Shown: positions 57,970 to 64,000 of the stretch, piece by piece
Numbering within the stretch: the first letter of the stretch is position 1
Layout: each line of letters starts with the position of its first letter
IMG/VR virus record: IMGVR_UViG_3300020410_000948
Location: 1 to 64,000 of that record
From: a virus
DNA: 64,000 bases
Strand: one strand, 5' to 3'
Translations under genes and position numbers: made by a program
Notes under the pieces: generated by a model
Told to the model about the DNA's origin: nothing
Seen by the model: the letters and a program-made list of their open reading frames with translations, nothing else
Databases searched by the model: none

Positions 57970-60900
57970 TATTCATCCTCCGAACTAACTGTTGGATAAG
58001 ATCGTATAAACAATGGTAATATCTCTGGTTTCTGTACATCAAAATTTCCATACCTATCTAAGCCACCACTACCTGTGAGACCATGATTTACAAGGCCGTT
58101 GTAGTCACCATCTGAGTTATAGTACAAAACCTGAATAGAATCACTGCTAGTTCCACGACTAATAGTGTTTTCTTTATCAAAATACGCAGCCGATTTTGAA
58201 GAGCCTATTCTTATAATTCCCGGAGCTTCTCCTGACGGCGTATCTTCAGAGCTGGTGCAGTCAAGTCTTCTGTTCAAAGTGTCCTCATATGCTGAACAAT
58301 GAAATCTTCTTATGACTCCAAGATCATAATCACGGTAAGATAGCTTAGCAGAAATAACCCTAACATCGCTTACAAATGAATGCTGGTTTGCAACCGCATC
58401 ATAAGGCTTGCTGTAAGGAACAAAATCTAACTCTTGCTGTCTCATGTCGGATGTCCATTTTTGTCGGTATTGGTCTGGATCTATGGAAATATTTTGATTG
58501 ACAAGACCAACAATAAGGCTGTCTTCTATTGATGCTTCCGAATTAAAGCTAGGTTTGTTCTCATCGTCAAAGTTCAATGTGTAAGTGTTTATCTCTCCTG
58601 CCAGAGTAGCTCTACCGTTTCCATCATTATATCTAAATGTTCTGTCGTCAGAACTGTTTTTTAACACACTTCCCGATCTTATAAATCTAAATAGTTCCGC
58701 TGTCGTGAAGGAGTATGTGCCTCTCCATTCAAGTATAGCTTCGCCTAAAGCAAGAGACTTCTGCTGGAATGTACCCTCTCTTGCTACGTCATAACTATCC
58801 TGCATACCATCAGTATAAAGGGGAGCTCTTGTCGCAGTTTTTGCTCCGTACTTCAAATTTATTCCGGACAGATGACCCTTCTGTGTTATGGTTTTTCTTG
58901 GGTCTTCATTGTAAAGTGTCATCACAGGGAATACTGCATCTGCGCCTATATCGACACCAGCCTGCAAGCAAATATTATTACCTATATCGACAGTGAATTC
59001 AGCGCCGACTAACTTTCTTATGATCTGTTCTTCATCCGAAACATTATCAATATTATATACTAAACATAAACCTTTATGATCTTCACAAACATCAAATATA
59101 TTATCAGCAGATGAGACTCCTGCGCCATCCCTGTAAGAGAACATATTGTTTAAATTGTAAGGTTTTTTTGAATCGAACTTTTCTGTGAAGCTAAAATACG
59201 GTGATGAAAAGTAAGTTTTGCCTACATTCTGGAAGTCTATTCTTTTACTCCTGCCTGAGTCAGAAAATACAGCATGCCCAATAGGTGTCTTCAAAACTAT
59301 TTTTCCATCTAAGACATCAAACATATCATCCATAAGATATGCGATAGAAAGACTATGGTCGCAATTCTCAGAAAACGTTAGCGTGCCTTCTCTAAAATAC
59401 TTTATGTAACTTAAGTCTGAAGCAGTCCCTCGATCTGAGCGACTGTCTGGGCTATTAATGGCGGGCGTAATCTTCTGAAATAGATTGACGCTTTTTAATG
59501 AGTCGCTAATCTCATAAAGATATAGTCTCTGAGCCAAAACATCTACAGATACATCAAACTCACTATTGTAGGACGTTCCATTTGTTGCTAAAATATGTCC
59601 GTCTGATCTAAAGTTGTGACCAAAAGGAGTTCTTAATAATATGTTATCGTCTTCAATGTCTGAACTATTGACAGTTGCAAAGTTATTTCCTGCGTTAACA
59701 CTATACATGTTACCTAAGCCGGGATACAGTCTAAAGAAAGTTACAGATGTATCGGCAAAACCTTGAGCTTCTTGAAACGATGGAGAGTTATAAGAAGTGC
59801 CCGAAGATGAGGGATAGTAAACACTTTGAGAATTGCCATCGTGTACTTTTGAAAATTCCCAGAATTGCATAGGATCAGAGTAAAGATTGCTATTCACATT
59901 GTATATGTTGTAATCATCATTCTCTAGCTTTTGTGCCGCTGTAAAATTTTGATATTCTTCTGAGCCAGATTCTATTTGAATATCTAAATTAAATGTGTCA
60001 AACTCGCTTCCACTTAAAGTAGAGGAGCTTTTATATAAGGTTGTGTTGTCACCCTCAAAAAATACTTTTATCCCATCGCCATCTGTTCCGGCAATAATCT
60101 TACCATCTACATACTGCATAGAGAAAGGCTTGCCATACCATCCTACCATGTTTCTGTATCTTGTGGAGAGGTCATTAGAGGCATTGAAATAGTTTTGCTC
60201 AACAACCTTTTCTCGCAATCTAGTTGTGTGATCCAAAAACTTAGAATTGTATTCTTGGTTTGGATTATATACATATATAGATCCACATCTAAATTTATTA
60301 CCAAGATTGTCTGAGTTGGTTCCATCAGTACAAAAGTCCATTATGAACTGATTTGTCTTAGTGTTTCTTTCATAGAAATCAAGCGAATCTCTATCGTCAT
60401 ATCCAGCATCTGTCGCTGAGTCTATCTTATTTTTTAGTTCCTCTAGCTGACTATCTGCAGACTGACTGACTGATGCTATGTGGGGAAATGTCCTATTAGC
60501 AATTGCGACTATAGGCTTTAATTCTGAGCCAGTAAGGTTTGGTAAATGGTTTTCTTTAAGTGCTATGCTATAGCCAAAGCCATCCGCAAATTTATAGCCG
60601 TCTGTAAGCCACCTAAATGAAATAGCATCTTTTTTCTGAAAGTATGGGAGCGTGTTGTCTTTTACATATTTTACTATATTCTCTCTATAGAATTCAGAGT
60701 CCCATCTCCTCTTAAAGGAAGCTCTTTTGCTACCATCAGTCTTCAAGAAAAACTCATCATTTTCAAAGGCTTCCTCAAGACTTTTATTCGAGTTTTCAAC
60801 CGTAGAAAAAACTCCAGATGTATTATCAGCAATAGCATTTGCCACAGCTGCTCTATACCAATACAAATTTCTATAGTCTGTGAAGACATCCATTGTAACA

Positions 60901-62654
60901 CCAGAGTCTTGAAATGGTGCAGTATTGACGTAAGGATTGGTAGTTGATGCGTCTATTTGATCTGGCGTTGATATGTCACTCAAAAAATCATTTGTTGTGC
61001 TAAGCTTGTATAAAAACACTTTGCCAAAGGGCTTGCTATCGGGCTCTACAAATTTGAATCCGCCTTCGTTTTCATAGGATCTAAACAAAGTGCTTGAATC
61101 GCCCACATCAGCTCTCTCATCTACTATGACAGGACTAGCCTTTCTTTTATTGCCATAGTAATCAATACCCTCTAGACAGGAATAAGGCGCACCAACTTCG
61201 CTGATGGCCAGCCAGTAAAAATCTTGATCGGACTGTCGGACTATATCTACAGACTGTCCAAATCTATATTTATCAGCAACAACAGAAGTGCCGTCATAAT
61301 CTACTACAGTTTCAGATGTAGGAGCAGAAAAGGTGTGATCGGTTGGAATAAGCATATCATCTTTAAAAACCGACTGACCGTTCAATCCATTCGGAGAAAA
61401 GAGAGTCGTGTAGTAGCGCCAAGAACCAGTAAGGTCTTGGGTTGAGCCATAATGAGTCCATGTTACACCGGACACACTTCTAAGAGAAGACGTGTCTGTA
61501 GGTTCATACATCCTTTCATCATCAAACACAAAGTATTGAGTATCACTAATTCTTTTTACATACTTGATACCGTTGGCTGGATGATTGGTAGCGACAGTGT
61601 TATTAGTATTTACTGCGCCAGATATTTTAATTATATCTCCATCTTGAAGTAGCTTTGTATCATATGTGCCATCACCGCTTGGCCCAGATAAAGTTATTTT
61701 ATTTCCATCGACCGCAGTAACAGAACCCTTACGTCTTTCATATATATCTACTCTGCCACATCTATTATGTACTCCTGTTTTACTAAAAAACGAACTACTA
61801 GATACGTCAAACAATACTTTAATAAAACTAATATTTTGTGAAGAATCGCTAGGATTTACAAAAGAAAATATAGTTTCTCCTTGATTAGCAAAAGAAGTGA
61901 GGTTGGCGGAAGTGGGTGAAAAGTTAACAGCCAGACCTTTGTAATTACTACCTTCAATTTTTGCTATAGATGTCGTCGTAGGAAAGAATATAATATCCAT
62001 GCTAGGATTATATCCTAATGAATCTGTAATATAACTATCTTTTTTGACTGCCACTTTACTAACATCAGTGTCAACCGAATAAGATGTTTTTGATAAAACT
62101 GAAGTTGTGGAGGAATCGCCATCTACTAGAGTAAAATCTATACGAGAATCTTTACCCGCATTAGAATTCACAAAATTAGAAATATCATCATTAGAAGCTC
62201 CGACATTCATAAATACTAATCCTGTCTGGAGTTCGTATTCAGTTGTGGTAGACTCATATCCAACAGTGTATGTTTTCTTAATTATAAAAAACTTTTCTGT
62301 ATTATCCAGAGATCTATTCGCCAGAAAAACTTTTTGGCTATGGTCTTTATAGGAGACTATAGCAATGTCGTCGAGTATCTTTATGTCACTGGGAAATTTG
62401 CTGCATGTATCGTCAGAAAAATCTCCGAATATAGAGGGGGCATTGTCACGATAAGGACTGCTCGTAAAGGCGGAGAGAGGCGTTCTGCCTCTGTTTATAG
62501 AGGTTATTCTATCATTAAAGTTAGTAAAGCATTCTATTCCGCCGGGACCTTGTAAAAATAAGTCCATCTCAGAATTTCTCTGCGAAACACCATTAGTCCC
62601 TGTCTCATCATTTTGTATGAATAGGGATGTGTTTTGGTTAGGTTTACAACTCAT
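57969..62654 (-). CDS. putative tail protein with FG-GAP-like repeats
   Basis: ATG at 62654 (TAATG with the TMP stop); RFGQSVDI...GAP...GKVFLY and GFGYSIAL...GSIYVY; LQDGDIIKISG...NG..YVKRIS insert. Confidence 0.7.
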   Translation of the reverse strand: MSCKPNQNTSLFIQNDETGTNGVSQRNSEMDLFLQGPGGIECFTNFNDRITSINRGRTPLSAFTSSPYRDNAPSIFGDFSDDTCSKFPSDIKILDDIAIVSYKDHSQKVFLANRSLDNTEKFFIIKKTYTVGYESTTTEYELQTGLVFMNVGASNDDISNFVNSNAGKDSRIDFTLVDGDSSTTSVLSKTSYSVDTDVSKVAVKKDSYITDSLGYNPSMDIIFFPTTTSIAKIEGSNYKGLAVNFSPTSANLTSFANQGETIFSFVNPSDSSQNISFIKVLFDVSSSSFFSKTGVHNRCGRVDIYERRKGSVTAVDGNKITLSGPSGDGTYDTKLLQDGDIIKISGAVNTNNTVATNHPANGIKYVKRISDTQYFVFDDERMYEPTDTSSLRSVSGVTWTHYGSTQDLTGSWRYYTTLFSPNGLNGQSVFKDDMLIPTDHTFSAPTSETVVDYDGTSVVADKYRFGQSVDIVRQSDQDFYWLAISEVGAPYSCLEGIDYYGNKRKASPVIVDERADVGDSSTLFRSYENEGGFKFVEPDSKPFGKVFLYKLSTTNDFLSDISTPDQIDASTTNPYVNTAPFQDSGVTMDVFTDYRNLYWYRAAVANAIADNTSGVFSTVENSNKSLEEAFENDEFFLKTDGSKRASFKRRWDSEFYRENIVKYVKDNTLPYFQKKDAISFRWLTDGYKFADGFGYSIALKENHLPNLTGSELKPIVAIANRTFPHIASVSQSADSQLEELKNKIDSATDAGYDDRDSLDFYERNTKTNQFIMDFCTDGTNSDNLGNKFRCGSIYVYNPNQEYNSKFLDHTTRLREKVVEQNYFNASNDLSTRYRNMVGWYGKPFSMQYVDGKIIAGTDGDGIKVFFEGDNTTLYKSSSTLSGSEFDTFNLDIQIESGSEEYQNFTAAQKLENDDYNIYNVNSNLYSDPMQFWEFSKVHDGNSQSVYYPSSSGTSYNSPSFQEAQGFADTSVTFFRLYPGLGNMYSVNAGNNFATVNSSDIEDDNILLRTPFGHNFRSDGHILATNGTSYNSEFDVSVDVLAQRLYLYEISDSLKSVNLFQKITPAINSPDSRSDRGTASDLSYIKYFREGTLTFSENCDHSLSIAYLMDDMFDVLDGKIVLKTPIGHAVFSDSGRSKRIDFQNVGKTYFSSPYFSFTEKFDSKKPYNLNNMFSYRDGAGVSSADNIFDVCEDHKGLCLVYNIDNVSDEEQIIRKLVGAEFTVDIGNNICLQAGVDIGADAVFPVMTLYNEDPRKTITQKGHLSGINLKYGAKTATRAPLYTDGMQDSYDVAREGTFQQKSLALGEAILEWRGTYSFTTAELFRFIRSGSVLKNSSDDRTFRYNDGNGRATLAGEINTYTLNFDDENKPSFNSEASIEDSLIVGLVNQNISIDPDQYRQKWTSDMRQQELDFVPYSKPYDAVANQHSFVSDVRVISAKLSYRDYDLGVIRRFHCSAYEDTLNRRLDCTSSEDTPSGEAPGIIRIGSSKSAAYFDKENTISRGTSSDSIQVLYYNSDGDYNGLVNHGLTGSGGLDRYGNFDVQKPEILPLFIRSYPTVSSEDE

Positions 62655-64000
62655 TATGCTACTCTGCCATCCTGTTCTCGCTGCCACATTGTGATTGCAT
62701 TGTCTATCTTGGTTGCCGTGCTTGAAGCGACCGAATCTCCGATAATATTAACCAGCTTGTTAATTGCCTCCTGAGTAAATCCGGGTATCGCTAAACTTCC
62801 GCTAACATTTACATTGTGTGTTATCTGCATGTTTCCAAACTGTGTTGCTATATCCTGTAGCGCATTAGCTACAGTATTAAAGGCTGACATAGCTTGAGAA
62901 ACATTATCTAAAGCCTCCATCAGTGCGTTTCTACCGCCGAAGATACCTCCGCCGTTTTGCCTATACTGAACTCCAGCAACAGAGCCGCCTCTAGCAAATC
63001 CGGGAACCTTGCCCCTGTTAACCTGTTTCATGAATCCAGTGCCGTGCTTTTTGACAGCAGCAGTACTCATAACAAACTCTCCGGGAGTCAACATAGCTGG
63101 CACAGAATCTACAGAACCACCCGAGGCAAAGCCTCGAAAGTTTGCCATGGCAAAGTCACTAGTACCTCGAAATCTTTGCCCAAACCCTGTCGCAAAAGCA
63201 TCCCTGAGTGCAACCATGTCTGCATAAAATTGAGGATTATAAAGGGCGTTTAGTAGCCCCTCTGTCCCGCTTTGGGCGTTATTAAACGCGATCACAGTAG
63301 ACCCAATTTTACCTTTGGTGTTATCGTCCTTTCGAGCCTTGATAGCCGTATGATAAACTCTTCGCTTGTATAGTCCACTATTTTCGCCTGCCTTTCTAAC
63401 AGCCTCGTGGGTGAATGGTGTGCCCGCAAACGGGTCTTGATTACCACGCTTTCCGAATATAGCCCTGTAAAAATCTGATGGTACGACAAATGTGCGTTTT
63501 TGCCCAAGCGCCGGGTTCATGTAAATATTCCCGTCTCCGCCCATCGCCATTAGTTGGCCCTCTTTAGCTACGACTCTTCCAAAATTTATTCCTTCACTAT
63601 TCGTATTCGATCTTACTGCGCCATAACGTGAAGCATAATCCTGTAAGCCCTTAATAGCCCAGATTGTATCGGGGAAAAGCTTCGCTATTGCTCCCTGCGC
63701 CCCCTGTAACGCCATCGCATAGAGTTTACGAAAGTTCTTGACGTTGGGGTCTTTTGCTGCTGCATTTTTTTGCTTTTTGTTTAAAAGATCTCCTTTCGCC
63801 ACGAATGAGCCTTTAAGTAATTTAGTTAAACCTTGTTCTATGAATCCTCCGCCGGCTGCATATACAGTAGAAGCGTTACCGTTATTTAAAGCACTTAGAG
63901 CTCCTACACCAATTTTGTCTACAGCACTTTTCCTAATAACAAATTCACCCGGCGTTAACATTGCTGGCACTGTGTCTGTGCCTCTTGGCTTGAATACATT
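62654..64000 (-). CDS. tail tape-measure protein, C-terminal part (5' end outside window)
   Basis: Frame is open to base 64000 (NVFKPRGTDTVPAMLTPGEFV); two GG...DxVPAMLTPGEFV motifs and FAxGG motifs typical of TMP C-termini. Confidence 0.78.
   Translation of the reverse strand, partial: NVFKPRGTDTVPAMLTPGEFVIRKSAVDKIGVGALSALNNGNASTVYAAGGGFIEQGLTKLLKGSFVAKGDLLNKKQKNAAAKDPNVKNFRKLYAMALQGAQGAIAKLFPDTIWAIKGLQDYASRYGAVRSNTNSEGINFGRVVAKEGQLMAMGGDGNIYMNPALGQKRTFVVPSDFYRAIFGKRGNQDPFAGTPFTHEAVRKAGENSGLYKRRVYHTAIKARKDDNTKGKIGSTVIAFNNAQSGTEGLLNALYNPQFYADMVALRDAFATGFGQRFRGTSDFAMANFRGFASGGSVDSVPAMLTPGEFVMSTAAVKKHGTGFMKQVNRGKVPGFARGGSVAGVQYRQNGGGIFGGRNALMEALDNVSQAMSAFNTVANALQDIATQFGNMQITHNVNVSGSLAIPGFTQEAINKLVNIIGDSVASSTATKIDNAITMWQREQDGRVA
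63054..63979 (-). repeat. two diverged copies (63054-63112, 63921-63979) of the DxVPAMLTPGEFVxxxxAV-coding module
   Basis: Visible at protein level and as imperfect DNA repeats that differ mostly at synonymous sites. Confidence 0.8.

Noticed and set aside
1-64000. Alternative genetic code or stop-codon readthrough
   Set aside because: TAA, TGA and TAG all end genes at tight junctions, and conserved proteins are full length under code 11.

Overview
The window reads as part of a large tailed-phage (jumbo-like) genome: gene-dense, AT-rich, standard genetic code, with frequent TAATG/ATGA stop-start overlaps. A DUF1501 gene and phoH suggest an aquatic Planctomycetota (PVC) host, but this is inference. 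The + strand (1-39073) has three parts: (i) accessory genes (DUF1501, PhoH, FmdB); (ii) a replication/recombination block with RecA, dUTPase, DnaB, DnaG, dNMP kinase, an Fe-S PD-(D/E)XK nuclease, a DnaE split into two genes around a DEDDh proofreading exonuclease, SSB and a sigma factor; (iii) an ~18 kb glycan locus with GT4/GT2/GT10/GT25/GT32/GT47-like transferases, Gmd+Fcl, two sulfotransferases, methyltransferases and a mini-DegT. Back-to-back intrinsic terminators at ~39.1 kb separate this from a convergent - strand virion block (tape-measure C-terminus, FG-GAP/repeat proteins, very large Cys-rich acidic proteins). The most notable observations are the phage-encoded fucosylated/sulfated glycan pathway, the intein-free split DnaE with a degenerate PHP domain, and the apparent complete absence of CCWGG across 64 kb. 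No tRNA, rRNA or CRISPR array was seen. All family calls come from motif recognition by eye; no database searches were run.
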